The notes: generated by a model from the letters alone, not told the origin. Positions 1 through 10,329 are shown, counted from the first letter of the stretch. The stretch: DNA of 64,000 bases from a virus (IMGVR_UViG_3300009082_000016:64001-128000), one strand, 5' to 3'. Program-made: numbers and translations.

Positions 1-3000
1 TCTTCGCCGAGAACCGCTGGGCGCCGAGCCGCTGCACCACGAACTGGACGTTCGCCAGGGCGCTGTCCTCGTACGGAGGCGTGATCGTGCTGCCCGTGAC
101 CCGGATGTAGTTCGGCGTGCTCGGGGAACCCAGGAAGAAGAAGAACGAGCTGTTGTTCTGGCCCAGGTAGGACAGGTTCCCCTGGGTCCCGTACGTCGTG
201 GGCTCCATGCCGCCGAGGCTCACGATACCGTTGCCCGTGATGGACGTGATCCGCTCTTGCGTCGAGATACCCAGGTACTGCAGCGGCCCATCGTCGATGT
301 CGACGGCGATGGGGCTCGTCCCGCCAGGGTCCAACACGGCGTTGAAAATCGTCTCGAGCTGGGTCCGAGTATACGGCACCGCTCCCGGCGTGGTGATGCT
401 GACGGTGAGCGTCGACCCGTTCTCGAAGGCGAAGTTGAACTCGTACGTGCCGGCCGCAGGCGTCCACGCCCCGCCACCACCACCGAAGTCGTGCAGGAAC
501 CAGATGTCCCGGCAGCCGGCCACAATCCGGTCGAAGAACTCGATGTTGTACTCGGGGTAGAAGTCCGGAAGGGCCAGCCACTGCTCACCAGGGACGAAGG
601 TCGAATCGAAGTACAGGCCGGTCGGCTTGAGCGTCTCGGGGTAGCCGGGCGTCTTGGTAGTCCAAAGACGAACGTCGGGAGCGAACAGCAGATCGCCGGC
701 CGCGTACCGAGTCGCCTCGCTGACCTCGAACAGGGTCGGGTCACGGAAGAAGGTACGACCAAGCCCGATCGACGGGCTGCCGATGCGGGCGATGGTGTTC
801 CGCTGCGGGAGCAGGTCGACCCACGGGAAGAGCTGCAGGTGCAGGTTTCCGAAGCTGGACGTGAGCTCGAGGATCGGCCATGCCTTGCCCGAGTTCGCGC
901 CGTTCTCGATCTGCACGAGGTCGTTCCAGGGCGAAATCCCGGAGCCCAGAGTCGCGATGTTGACGTCGAAGAACGTGATCGTCCTGGTGGTACGCGTCAC
1001 GTGGGTGCCGCCGGCGTCCAGGAAGAAGGTCGCCGTGCCGAAAGCCTCCAGCTTGCTGCTTTCCTCGGCCCCCTCATCCGAGTCGTGGTTCGCCACGCAC
1101 AGGTAGAGCGGTTCCAGATCGACGATGGTCGCCGGATCGGCGATCGATCCATCCGGCCGCATCGCGTAGAAATACGTGATCGGCAGGTACCTGTTGAGGT
1201 CGCTCAGCAGCTGCACGACATCCACCGCGAGCGCGAGATTGTACGGGCCCCCCGAGTTGAGCGTCTTTTCGACGTGTCCCCACGTCTTGCTGTACAGGCT
1301 CAACTCCAGGCGGTTCGCGCCGCTGGGCGTGAAGGTGTAGACGCCCGTGAACGGGAAGAGACCGACGATGCCGACCACGGCGTTGTAGCCGCGATGCTTG
1401 ATCCCGCTCCCGGCGTTCGAGAACTGGCTGCTCACCGCACCGAGCGGCTGGCCCAACGGGACCACCGAGCTGGTCGTGCCCGCCGTCGAATCGAGCAGGT
1501 TGGCCTCGGTCACGTCCATGAGCGGGAGGGTGACGGGCGTCTGCGGGGAGAAGATCTCGTAGGCCACCGTGCCCGGGGACTTGAGCCGGTCCTGCAACAG
1601 GATGACGGCCTTGCCCGGCCCGCTGGGGTCGGCGGCCACGACGTAGTCGTTCTTGTCCGGACCGCTCAGGATGCGGAGGATGTCGTCCTTCTTGACCCCG
1701 ACCTCTTCCATGTTCCGGCCGATGACCGTCGTGACGGCGTTGGAGCCGGAGACGGTCACGAGGTCAGGGCCGTCCGCCCGCAGCCGCTTCGGGTCGGAGA
1801 GGTCGACGTCCACGTCGTCCACGAGCAGCCACGACTCGCCGGTCGGGTAGGTGCTGCCGGCGTCGGGCAGCGGGTACAAACGGACTTCGGCCCGGTAGTT
1901 CGCCGGGTCGTTGTCGGTCCCCTGGTAGAACCCGTTGCGCCACTCGACGATGCGGTACATCTCGGGCGGGGTGCGCTGGATGACCAGCATGCTCCGTCCG
2001 TCCTCGATGCCGTCAACTGACGGGCGAACGATGCGAGCCGGCGTGGGGACCGGGAGCGGGTCGGGCAGGATGTCCCGCTCGGTCCAAAAAACAGCTTGGG
2101 AACCGGGGCCCCCCGCGGAAGTGAGCGCCACCATCTGGTAGCGCACCCACTGGCCGGCGATCAGGATCTCGAGGATATCCGAATGGGGCGATCCCCCTTC
2201 GGCATCCCGATGGCCGGGGGAAATGCGGATGTTCGACAGGTCCGAGACCTCACGCTGGATCGCGTTCAGTTGCACGCCGCGAGGCCGCAGCAGCGCATCC
2301 TTCACGATCGTGATCGCGTTCTCCTCGAGGAGGACGGTCTCGGGCGGGTTGATGCGGACCCAACCCGCGGGGTTGGGCCACGTCGCCACGCCACCGGCAA
2401 CGGCCGTGTCACCGGAAGCCAGCTCGTCCTCGTCCGACGCCACCTCGATGTCGGTCGACACCTGTTCCGCGTCGCCAAGGGTGTAGATGTCGGTCATCCC
2501 GCCAACGTGAATCTCGTCATCCTTGATTTCGACTTCGCTCCCGGCCGGGGGTTCGAGCAGGAACCCGCCCGGGACATCGGAAAGCGTGATGCGCCGGCGC
2601 CGGATCTCCCAGACGAGGCCCTGCATCACGTCGGGCAGGACCGACTCGTCGAGCTCCAGCCTGGCCGGAAGCGCCGTTCGAAGGACGCTCTTGATGCGCC
2701 CCTCTCCCATCACCGACGGCGTGGACGTGGTGTGGACGATCAGGTAGTAGTCCTCGGTGAGCACACCACTGCCGATGATGGAAACGTCGGACAGGGCGTC
2801 TCCCTCGAACAGGTTGGACTTGAGGTCCAGCGTGAACGCCGGCAGGGCATACCCCCCGACGCCGAACACCGAGGCCGGTCCGAAGTTCCCGCCGCGGATG
2901 ATGTCCCGCAGCATGTCGGGATCGCCCATCCCGACGACCTCGATACGCTTGATCCCACTCCCGAACTCGTTGGACAGGATGGCCTTGATGCCCCGGGCCA

Positions 3001-3739
3001 CGGAGAAGGAGAGCTGCGTGGGGTAGTTGCGGGCCCTCGAGAGGTAGCTGACAACCGTGTCGGCATCTTCGCCGCCCACGAACAGCTGCTTGTTCTCCAC
3101 GCCGATGGAGCGGGTGACAGACGGACAACGAGCCGACGTGCCAGGCGGGATCTTGCCCGCCGACCCCGGCGTCGTGGCGATGGTGTCGACGTCGAAGTAG
3201 TACTTCCCGTCCTCGTAGTTGAGCTGCATCTCCGCCGCCGAAATGCTCTGGGTTTCGGTCGGGACGAAGCGCATGCCGTTGGAGACGATGATGACGCTCT
3301 CCGGGCGGATGATCTCGGAGATGGGGGCCGTGTAGTAGAACCGGAACTTCCCGAAAGCCTTGCTGCCCTCGATGAGCGGGACGAACAGGGCGCCCATCAG
3401 GTCCTGGGCCGACTGCAAGGTGTGGATGCGCGGGTCCGCCTTCTGCCGGCTCCGCAGGAGCATGATCTCGCGGGCAACACCGAAGGCCAACGTCGAGAAC
3501 GGCTTGGCCACGGTGTCATCGATCACCCCGTCCGGGCGTACCCCGAGATCGGGGTGGACGTTTCGAAGGGTGTCCAAGGCGAACGACCGGATGTCCGTCT
3601 TGAAGAGGTCCGCCCCGAAGTACTGCAGGACGGGCTGGATGACCTCCGTGTCGGCCCGGCTCCCCGAAGACACGTCCCGAAGGGGATCCAACGCCGTCAG
3701 GCGCTCCCGGAGAAACTGCTCAAGATCCTTTCGAGGCAT
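1..3739 (-). CDS. Large baseplate wedge / baseplate J-like protein (>1240 aa, runs off the left window edge)
   Basis: Absent from the ORF track. Hand translation from ATG 3739 gives MPRKDLEQFLRERLTALDP...YYFDVDTIATTPGSAGKI...VENKQLFVGGEDADTVVSYLSRA...IEVVGMGDPDMLRDII, a J/gp6-like pattern. The same frame is open at the window edge; only the N-terminal ~290 codons and the edge were translated by hand. Confidence 0.7.
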   Translation of the reverse strand, partial: MPRKDLEQFLRERLTALDPLRDVSSGSRADTEVIQPVLQYFGADLFKTDIRSFALDTLRNVHPDLGVRPDGVIDDTVAKPFSTLAFGVAREIMLLRSRQKADPRIHTLQSAQDLMGALFVPLIEGSKAFGKFRFYYTAPISEIIRPESVIIVSNGMRFVPTETQSISAAEMQLNYEDGKYYFDVDTIATTPGSAGKIPPGTSARCPSVTRSIGVENKQLFVGGEDADTVVSYLSRARNYPTQLSFSVARGIKAILSNEFGSGIKRIEVVGMGDPDMLRDIIRGGNFGPASVFGVGGYALPAFTLDLKSNLFEGDALSDVSIIGSGVLTEDYYLIVHTTSTPSVMGEGRIKSVLRTALPARLELDESVLPDVMQGLVWEIRRRRITLSDVPGGFLLEPPAGSEVEIKDDEIHVGGMTDIYTLGDAEQVSTDIEVASDEDELASGDTAVAGGVATWPNPAGWVRINPPETVLLEENAITIVKDALLRPRGVQLNAIQREVSDLSNIRISPGHRDAEGGSPHSDILEILIAGQWVRYQMVALTSAGGPGSQAVFWTERDILPDPLPVPTPARIVRPSVDGIEDGRSMLVIQRTPPEMYRIVEWRNGFYQGTDNDPANYRAEVRLYPLPDAGSTYPTGESWLLVDDVDVDLSDPKRLRADGPDLVTVSGSNAVTTVIGRNMEEVGVKKDDILRILSGPDKNDYVVAADPSGPGKAVILLQDRLKSPGTVAYEIFSPQTPVTLPLMDVTEANLLDSTAGTTSSVVPLGQPLGAVSSQFSNAGSGIKHRGYNAVVGIVGLFPFTGVYTFTPSGANRLELSLYSKTWGHVEKTLNSGGPYNLALAVDVVQLLSDLNRYLPITYFYAMRPDGSIADPATIVDLEPLYLCVANHDSDEGAEESSKLEAFGTATFFLDAGGTHVTRTTRTITFFDVNIATLGSGISPWNDLVQIENGANSGKAWPILELTSSFGNLHLQLFPWVDLLPQRNTIARIGSPSIGLGRTFFRDPTLFEVSEATRYAAGDLLFAPDVRLWTTKTPGYPETLKPTGLYFDSTFVPGEQWLALPDFYPEYNIEFFDRIVAGCRDIWFLHDFGGGGGAWTPAAGTYEFNFAFENGSTLTVSITTPGAVPYTRTQLETIFNAVLDPGGTSPIAVDIDDGPLQYLGISTQERITSITGNGIVSLGGMEPTTYGTQGNLSYLGQNNSSFFFFLGSPSTPNYIRVTGSTITPPYEDSALANVQFVVQRLGAQRFSAK

Positions 3740-3742
3740 TTT

Positions 3743-4387
3743 TCACCCGCTCGGGACCGATGCTACACCGGACGCGGGCGTCCGGGCAATATCGTGTCCC
3801 GGCGGGCAGTAGTCGAGCAGTCCCTTTTCCCACAGCCGGTAGTGGATGGCGTTCACGGCGCGGTTCCGCAGCCGGCGTACCGCCTCGTGGGAGAGGCCCA
3901 GTTTCTGACCGACCTGACGGTAGGATCGACCTTTGAGGACGCTGTGGGCCACGATGATACGCAGCCGCTTGGGCATCTGGTCCAGGACCTCGCGCACCAC
4001 CCGGTCCCGCTCCAGCAGGAGAATCGGGCTGAGCGGCTCGAGCACCAGCGGCGACGGGTCGTACTCGAGGCTGTCGAGCGACACCATCTGCGGCTTGAAC
4101 TGGTGCTCCCCGGTGAGCCCAGTGCGAAGCAGACCGCGGCGGACGTGGAGCCAGATGTAGTAGCGGGCCCAGGTCATGAACATGGTCCTGCGGGACGAGT
4201 CGTAGCGCAAGGCGGCCCAGAAGGCGGCCAGCCGGGCCTGCTGCTCGGCGTCCTCGACCACGGTCCGGAAAGTGGAAGGTCGCAGACGCCGAACGATGAA
4301 CCGGGCGTAGTTCAGAATCTCGCGGTCGTGCTCCACCACCATGGACCACGCCTGTTTCTCGGTACGAAGCAGCTTCGTCTTCGTCAT
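3743..4387 (-). CDS. Phage sigma-70-family RNA polymerase sigma factor
   Basis: Region 2 (EDAEQQARLAAFWAALRYDSSRRTMFMTWARYYI) and region 4 HTH (LDQMPKRLRIIV...SYRQVGQKLGLSHEAVRRLRNRA). Confidence 0.85.
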   Translation of the reverse strand: MTKTKLLRTEKQAWSMVVEHDREILNYARFIVRRLRPSTFRTVVEDAEQQARLAAFWAALRYDSSRRTMFMTWARYYIWLHVRRGLLRTGLTGEHQFKPQMVSLDSLEYDPSPLVLEPLSPILLLERDRVVREVLDQMPKRLRIIVAHSVLKGRSYRQVGQKLGLSHEAVRRLRNRAVNAIHYRLWEKGLLDYCPPGHDIARTPASGVASVPSG

Positions 4388-4437
4388 GCCCCCGGATCGT
4401 CCTTCCGGGAGAGTTCTGCATGATGTTCTGGAGAAAG

Positions 4438-5088
4438 TCAAGCGGCCGTGTCCAGCGGGCTGACGCCCACCCGCGCCTTGGTCCCCGCCTGGCTCGTGAT
4501 CTCGATGTCGGCCGTGTAGCCGGTGCGGTCGGCGGACATCGAGATCTTCAGCAGCTTGGCGTTGAGCAGCTTTTCGGAGCTGGGGGAGTTGGTGTCAAGC
4601 GCCTGCCGGGCGATCATCTGCTTCGTCGTCTCCCGCACGGCGATCGCCAGCGCGGAGTTGTACGGCCCCTCGGCCGACGACGACCGCTTCACGATGCCCA
4701 GGCCCCCGCCGCCCCACTTCAGGCTGAACGGGTCGGTACCCGGCGTGGAAAGGAAGCACTTCAGCCAGTCCTGGACCAGCTTCTGCAGCCCCCGGGTGGT
4801 GGTGAGGAACTTGGTGAAGCCGAAGTAGCACTCGGCCTCCTTCGCGTCACCCATCTCCCGTCCCAGAACGGCAACGGTGCGGACCATGAACGGGTGCGGC
4901 AGATCGATTGCAACGACGTTGGAGCCGATCGCCGTCCAGGCGTAGCCCTGGTCGCCGTTGATCTCGACGGCAGAGACCTCGGCGGCCGACGGACCCGAGA
5001 TGTAGAAGCGGTGCGGCGGGCCCGGCACGTCGAGCATCTTCGCGATGGGCAGGATCTTGCGAAGGTGAATGACACGCAGGTCCATCAC
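4438..5088 (-). CDS. gp25/GpW-like baseplate wedge protein
   Basis: GLQKLVQDWLKCFLSTPGTDPFSLKWGGG resembles the gp25 family; lies two genes upstream of the J-like gene. Confidence 0.6.
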   Translation of the reverse strand: MMDLRVIHLRKILPIAKMLDVPGPPHRFYISGPSAAEVSAVEINGDQGYAWTAIGSNVVAIDLPHPFMVRTVAVLGREMGDAKEAECYFGFTKFLTTTRGLQKLVQDWLKCFLSTPGTDPFSLKWGGGGLGIVKRSSSAEGPYNSALAIAVRETTKQMIARQALDTNSPSSEKLLNAKLLKISMSADRTGYTADIEITSQAGTKARVGVSPLDTAA

Positions 5089-5399
5089 GGCACCTTCTCG
5101 GGAATCAGCTTCTGGGGGGTCACCGGCACCCTTTCGGGCGTCCGCAGGATGGGGGCACTCGGCCCCGCCGAGGCCGCGGGCCGGTTCACCCGGATCCGAG
5201 CCGCCGGCTTGATTTCGATGTCCCAGCCGTGCTTGATGGCCTCCACCTGAAGTTTGACCACGCTCTCCTCCAGCTGGCCCACCCGCACCTGGAGTTCGCC
5301 GTACTCGTGGTAGTCGACGGCCACCTTCGCGATCAGACCGACCAGCGTACCCAGGAGCAGGTACGGCTGGATCTGCTTCACCAGGTTCTTGATCATCAT
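5085..5399 (-). CDS. Small membrane protein (one TM helix plus coiled coil)
   Basis: YLLLGTLVGLIAKVAV hydrophobic stretch followed by heptads; 4-bp overlaps with both neighbours. Confidence 0.6.
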   Translation of the reverse strand: MMIKNLVKQIQPYLLLGTLVGLIAKVAVDYHEYGELQVRVGQLEESVVKLQVEAIKHGWDIEIKPAARIRVNRPAASAGPSAPILRTPERVPVTPQKLIPEKVP

Positions 5400-5680
5400 G
5401 TCGGGTTCTCCTCCTCGGAGGTCTCGAGCTGCTGGATCACCCGGTCGAACTCCGCCTTCACCGAATCGACCTCCTCGATGCGGGACGGCAGACCCTGCGG
5501 GTGTGGCCCGCGGATCTCGTCGATGCGATCCTGCAGGACCTGCCCAAAGGTCGTCGACGCCAGCGCCCGGACCTGCTCCTGCCCGTGGACAAACGAGTAC
5601 GAATCGGCCAGGGCCTTGAACAGATCGGTGTTGATGGCCTCCTGCCGATCATGCTCGTCACGGAGGGTCTCTTCGGCCAT
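5396..5680 (-). CDS. Hypothetical protein
   Basis: 94 aa, tightly packed in the operon. Confidence 0.65.
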   Translation of the reverse strand: MAEETLRDEHDRQEAINTDLFKALADSYSFVHGQEQVRALASTTFGQVLQDRIDEIRGPHPQGLPSRIEEVDSVKAEFDRVIQQLETSEEENPT

Positions 5681-8071
5681 CTAGTCCTGCATCCCCATCA
5701 CGATCCGTTCGATCGCATTGAGCCGGAGCACGAAGTCCTGGGCCAGGGTCGTCGCCTCTTCCGCCGTGATGCCGGTGTCGGTGGTCCGACGCGTGTCCTG
5801 GGAAAGCCCCCCGAGGTCCGCCACCTGGAGCTGCTTGTAGAAAGCGCCCAGGCCCAGCCGGCGTACGGCCCGCAGAACCGTCACGGTCGCAGGCGACTGG
5901 AACGGGTGGTTGTTGAACGTGTCGATGAAGCCACGGAGCTTGGCCAACGACGACGCCAGGGCCTGGCCACGTGCGATCAGCAGGTTGATGGCGCTCCCGT
6001 CCCGGGTGCGGTTCGCCTGCTCGATCGCCCGCTCGTAGGCGTCGACGTCGAACGTCGGCAGAGCAAACGACTGCAACATCGTCTCCCAAGCCGCACGGAC
6101 GGCGTTGAAGAATCGGGGGCCCAGGACGGGCTTGTTCACGTTGACAGCACCAGCCAGGCGGAGATACCCGTCGTGGACTTCGGACACGTAGCGCGTGATG
6201 CCGGTCTGGTCGACGATGAAGTCGCCAGGCCGCAGGCGCGAGCGGAACCCGTCCTTCTCCGTCGAGTTGCAGGTCCACTCGAAAGCCTGGGCGTGGTCCG
6301 CCGATCCGCTGAAGCCGATCTCGGCCATGAGGGCATCGTTGCCGGAAGAGATCTTGAGGTAGCTGGCGGTCGTCTTGTTCAGCGACTCGAGCGTCTCGGA
6401 CTGCTGGATGATGGTGAAGTCGAGAGCCGAGCCTCCCTCGTAGTGCCCGTGGGTCGCTCCGAGATCGACGTAGCGGAGGCCGCCACTGATCCGCCAATCG
6501 GTGCTCTCGAACCGGTACCAGCGATTCCCGAGATGAAGCGCCCACCCAACATGGTCCACCTTGCAGACGAGCGGTGGGGAAACGCTGAACGACCCCGGCC
6601 CGGTCCCAACATCCTGATCGACCACGAGCCTGTCGGACCTGACCTCCACGACCGTGGTCACCGTCGACGGGGCAATGATGCACTCGTCGCCGACCGACAC
6701 CGTGCTCAACTCGCCGTTGTCTGGGATGACCTCAGTGCCGGAAAGAGTGCAGAGGCCGAACGTCTTGGCAAACGCCACGCAGCTGAGGGTCGGGACGCCG
6801 GCGTAGGCATACTTGCCGGAGGCGATGACGTCTTCGGTGCCAACAAAGCGGGCGCCGGGGGCCACCGGGTTGAGGTCGGCCGCCAGGTCGGCCGCCGAGC
6901 GATAGTTGGTCGACACGTACACGTCCTGCGGGAAACACTGCTTGAGCCCGTCGTCCGAATACGAATGGAAACGCAACCAGCCGGACGGCCCTTCGACGGG
7001 GTAGGAGCAGGTGAGGCGTACGAACGTCAACTGCGTCGGCGCAAGCTCCACCGAAGCGACGCAGTTGGGCGGGCTCGCCGCGTTGATGGCATCCCGCAGG
7101 TCAACCGCCCGGATGCGCGAGCCGGCGAAACTGTGGATGAGGGTGACGTCCACGGCCACCCCCGGCATCACGTTGGTCGCCAGCCCCACGAGGTACTTGC
7201 CGGGGGCGAGCCCGTAGAAGTAGTAGTAGCCGTCGCTGTACGCGGGCGCGAAGTCGACCACCAGGCCGGGCATCGCATCCCGCTGGGCCGCGCCACTCAG
7301 GGTCTCCGTCTGGTACGTGATCTTCCGGCAGGCCTGCGACACCCGGTACGGACCCGAGTACCGCCCCAACCGGGTCGCCGGGACGCAGACGCCCTGCGGG
7401 GTGCCCAGCGTGTTGGGCAGCTCGAGCGGCGGGACGATAGACCGCTGGCGCAGGCGCACGTAGACGAGCGACGCCAGGACCGCGTCGATCATCTCCCGGC
7501 GCTTGTTCGGGTCGTTCTGCCACGACGCGTCGAGCGCCCAGTCGGCCAGCTTGTTTCCGAAGTACGCCATATCGATCGGCGGGATGGCCTCGAGCGACGT
7601 GTAGAAGTTCCGGCAGCCGGTGTCCGCTGCCAACAGCGTGCGCCACGACGCCGCCAGGATGCGGGCCGACTCCAGACCGATGTCGTAGTTCTCCTGGGCC
7701 GTACCCGACACGAGCAGCTCGGTGGCCAGAGCCCGGGTGCTCTTCTCCGCGGCGTGAAGCACCTCGGGCATCGACGTGACCGTCATCCGGCGCACGAACG
7801 TGGAGAGCTTCGTCACCTCGATGGGGTCAATCGACGGCACCGGCGCCGTCCGCAGCAGATCCAGCCCGGGGCCCGCGGTCGTGATGGAGTCAATCGAGCG
7901 GATCATCTGGCCCGTCGCGAGACGACCCAGAACGAACACGCCGTCCCGCTCGGTGCGGAAGTCGGTCAGGAGCAGCGAGCGCAGCTCGGCCCAGTGGTTG
8001 TCGGGCGTGTTGAGCGTCGCTCGAAATGCGGCAACCAGACGCTCAGTCGTCGCTGGGGTCGTCACCTGCAT
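5681..8071 (-). CDS. Putative virion structural protein (796 aa)
   Basis: Long ORF inside the baseplate module with a beta-rich middle; no catalytic motif recognised. Confidence 0.55.
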   Translation of the reverse strand: MQVTTPATTERLVAAFRATLNTPDNHWAELRSLLLTDFRTERDGVFVLGRLATGQMIRSIDSITTAGPGLDLLRTAPVPSIDPIEVTKLSTFVRRMTVTSMPEVLHAAEKSTRALATELLVSGTAQENYDIGLESARILAASWRTLLAADTGCRNFYTSLEAIPPIDMAYFGNKLADWALDASWQNDPNKRREMIDAVLASLVYVRLRQRSIVPPLELPNTLGTPQGVCVPATRLGRYSGPYRVSQACRKITYQTETLSGAAQRDAMPGLVVDFAPAYSDGYYYFYGLAPGKYLVGLATNVMPGVAVDVTLIHSFAGSRIRAVDLRDAINAASPPNCVASVELAPTQLTFVRLTCSYPVEGPSGWLRFHSYSDDGLKQCFPQDVYVSTNYRSAADLAADLNPVAPGARFVGTEDVIASGKYAYAGVPTLSCVAFAKTFGLCTLSGTEVIPDNGELSTVSVGDECIIAPSTVTTVVEVRSDRLVVDQDVGTGPGSFSVSPPLVCKVDHVGWALHLGNRWYRFESTDWRISGGLRYVDLGATHGHYEGGSALDFTIIQQSETLESLNKTTASYLKISSGNDALMAEIGFSGSADHAQAFEWTCNSTEKDGFRSRLRPGDFIVDQTGITRYVSEVHDGYLRLAGAVNVNKPVLGPRFFNAVRAAWETMLQSFALPTFDVDAYERAIEQANRTRDGSAINLLIARGQALASSLAKLRGFIDTFNNHPFQSPATVTVLRAVRRLGLGAFYKQLQVADLGGLSQDTRRTTDTGITAEEATTLAQDFVLRLNAIERIVMGMQD

Positions 8072-8444
8072 CCAGGACCGTTACCTCCGCCTGCTCGCAG
8101 GCCTTGATCCGCTGCAGCAGATCGTCCTTGCGGAGCTTGCGAATCTTAGCACGCATCTCCTCCGGGGAGGGAAGGTCCAGGATGTCGCAGAGGTCGGCGA
8201 AGCTCAGCAGCGTTCCACGCCAGATCTCGGCCGCCTCGCCGACGTCGAAGATCCAGCAATGTGCCAGCTCCGCCTGCTCCCGCAGCTGGCGGTCTTTCGA
8301 ATCGTGGTACAGGACGTAGTCGCGGATCTTGCGGTACATGAAGGCGGCGTAGGGGCGGTACGGCTCACGGCTCGAAACACTACCCCCCGCAGGTTGAAGC
8401 TCGTCAGGGAGCAACGACCACCGGGAATGTCCAACTGCTGACAC
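8043..8444 (-). CDS. Hypothetical protein
   Basis: Protein-like ORF filling the gap; start uncertain. Confidence 0.55.
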   Translation of the reverse strand: MSAVGHSRWSLLPDELQPAGGSVSSREPYRPYAAFMYRKIRDYVLYHDSKDRQLREQAELAHCWIFDVGEAAEIWRGTLLSFADLCDILDLPSPEEMRAKIRKLRKDDLLQRIKACEQAEVTVLDAGDDPSDD

Positions 8445-9303
8445 GGTCCGGCACCACCCTGAACGCCTTGTCCGTTCTCGTCACCACCACGTTCGCCGTC
8501 CCCGGCGTATTGCCGGTGAGGACCACCACCGAACCCGATCGCGACAGCGTGAGAATCGCCAGGTCGTCCGACTTGTAGTCGACGTAGATCCCGCCATCGG
8601 ACCAGTCGTTCCAGTCGCTCCCGATGACGTGCGGGGTCAGATTGAAGGGCACACCGACGTGGACGAGATACGGACCCGCCGGGTCGAACGTCACGTCCAC
8701 CGGAATCGGGTACACGAGGTCACCGAACAGCAGGCCCGCCCGCTCCGGGATCTTCACCCGCCGGCGCAGCTCCGCCCGGTCGGCCACCACGACCTCGTAC
8801 GTCCCGCCGCACATCGCGTCGAACAGGACCTTCCCATCGTCGTCCGACTGCGTTTCGATGATGCTCGCCACCAGCCCAGCGTAGTACACCCGCGGAGAGC
8901 CGTGGTATGGCACCAGCCGGATCATCGCGTTCGGGAGCGGCTTGCCGTCCTGCCCGTACAGGAAGCCCGACACCCGGCAGATCCCGGGCAGCGTGGAGTT
9001 CGCCACCTCGAAGATGTTCACGTCCATCAGGAAGTCGTTGTTGTCGGGAGCAGGCAGAGCGGGCTCGAAGACGGTGATCGAGAACGGGCTGGCGAACGAG
9101 CAGCCCGGCTTGTACGCCCTCACGTAGTAGACCACGCCGGCCGGCGACGCCGCGCCCGGCAGCAGCACGCTCACCTTCCCGAGAGCATCGGTGACGGCCT
9201 GCGTGATGAAGGTGTTGAGCGTATCGTAGAAGCGGACGGTGGCACCGACGACCGGGTCGTGCGCGATGGTCGTGTCCTTCAACGTGACGGAGACCAACTC
9301 CAT
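8404..9303 (-). CDS. Ig-like / carboxypeptidase-regulatory-like beta-sandwich virion protein
   Basis: PVVGATVRFY...VTDALGKV and VSGFLYGQDGKPLPNAMI...SDDDGKVLF repeats; C-terminal Big-2-like segment. Confidence 0.6.
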   Translation of the reverse strand: MELVSVTLKDTTIAHDPVVGATVRFYDTLNTFITQAVTDALGKVSVLLPGAASPAGVVYYVRAYKPGCSFASPFSITVFEPALPAPDNNDFLMDVNIFEVANSTLPGICRVSGFLYGQDGKPLPNAMIRLVPYHGSPRVYYAGLVASIIETQSDDDGKVLFDAMCGGTYEVVVADRAELRRRVKIPERAGLLFGDLVYPIPVDVTFDPAGPYLVHVGVPFNLTPHVIGSDWNDWSDGGIYVDYKSDDLAILTLSRSGSVVVLTGNTPGTANVVVTRTDKAFRVVPDRVSSWTFPVVVAP

Positions 9304-9346
9304 GTCGGGATTCTGCACCGAAGATCCTGCAGAGCGCAAGACCCAC

Positions 9347-9428
9347 CAAAAAAAGAAGGCGGGTCGTGGTCGCCTCCCCGGGATTTCTCTCCCGAGGAGG
9401 CGACCGAGAACCTACCGACGCGCCTTCT
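9347..9428 (-). terminator. Intrinsic terminator-like long hairpin with U tract
   Basis: Stem 9368-9405 sits inside an outer agaaggcg/cgccttct stem; on - strand it is followed by CTTTTTTT. Confidence 0.6.
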
Positions 9429-9850
9429 GGGAGGCTGCAACGCCTTTCCCGTACGCGTTCGACGGTCTCTCCGCGGGGGCTGGGCGACCCTGCCGCGGCA
9501 TCCGGCACCGACCCGGTGCCGAGTCCATGCCCTCAGGGATTTCCGTTCTCTCCTTGGGCCAAGCGGAGGACTGCCGCTACCCTCTGGCTGTCCCTGACCA
9601 GAGGTCTCATCCATACAGCACGAACCGGCGTGCGGGACCCCGGGTGGGAGGGTCCCGCACGCCGAATCGAAATCCACTCCCCCGGGAGGAAGGAAGGGAC
9701 CTCCCGGGGGAGCCGCTGCGAACAACGTCGGCTACGCTCCGACGGTGTTCTGACGAACGGGAGCCGGAAGACGGGGGCGGTTCGGGATAACCCTTGCCGT
9801 GCTCCCCCGTCGTTCCGGACTCCCTAGCCGAGCATGTGGTACCACACACC
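9350..9850 (-). ncRNA. Unassigned large structured non-coding RNA downstream of tmRNA
   Basis: Successive stems: perfect 15 bp 9626-9664, perfect 13 bp 9677-9712, plus 9503-9521, 9581-9604, 9720-9750 and 9759-9824; no credible CDS. Confidence 0.55.
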
Positions 9851-9856
9851 CGGCAC

Positions 9857-10253
<397 letters not shown>

Positions 10254-10276
10254 ACGAGCTACGGCTGACCGTAGCA

Positions 10277-10329
10277 TGGAGCTGCGCCGGGTGTCGAACC
10301 CGGGTACCCGCGGACGCGGGCACGCACCT
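10277..10329 (-). ncRNA. tRNA-like mini element (T arm, acceptor-like stem, CCA)
   Basis: CCGGG-TTCGACA-CCCGG T arm followed by CGCAGCTCCA; 5' AGGTGCG pairs 6/7; no D arm or anticodon loop. Confidence 0.4.

Noticed and set aside
9350-9850. RNase P RNA or SRP RNA
   Set aside because: GAGGAAAGUCC/AGAACCCGGCUUA signatures are absent; the GGAAGGAAG at ~9688 is only the loop of a perfect hairpin, without the SRP internal loops.
10277-10329. Functional tRNA gene
   Set aside because: About 53 nt with no D arm and no 7-nt anticodon loop; kept only as a tRNA-like element.
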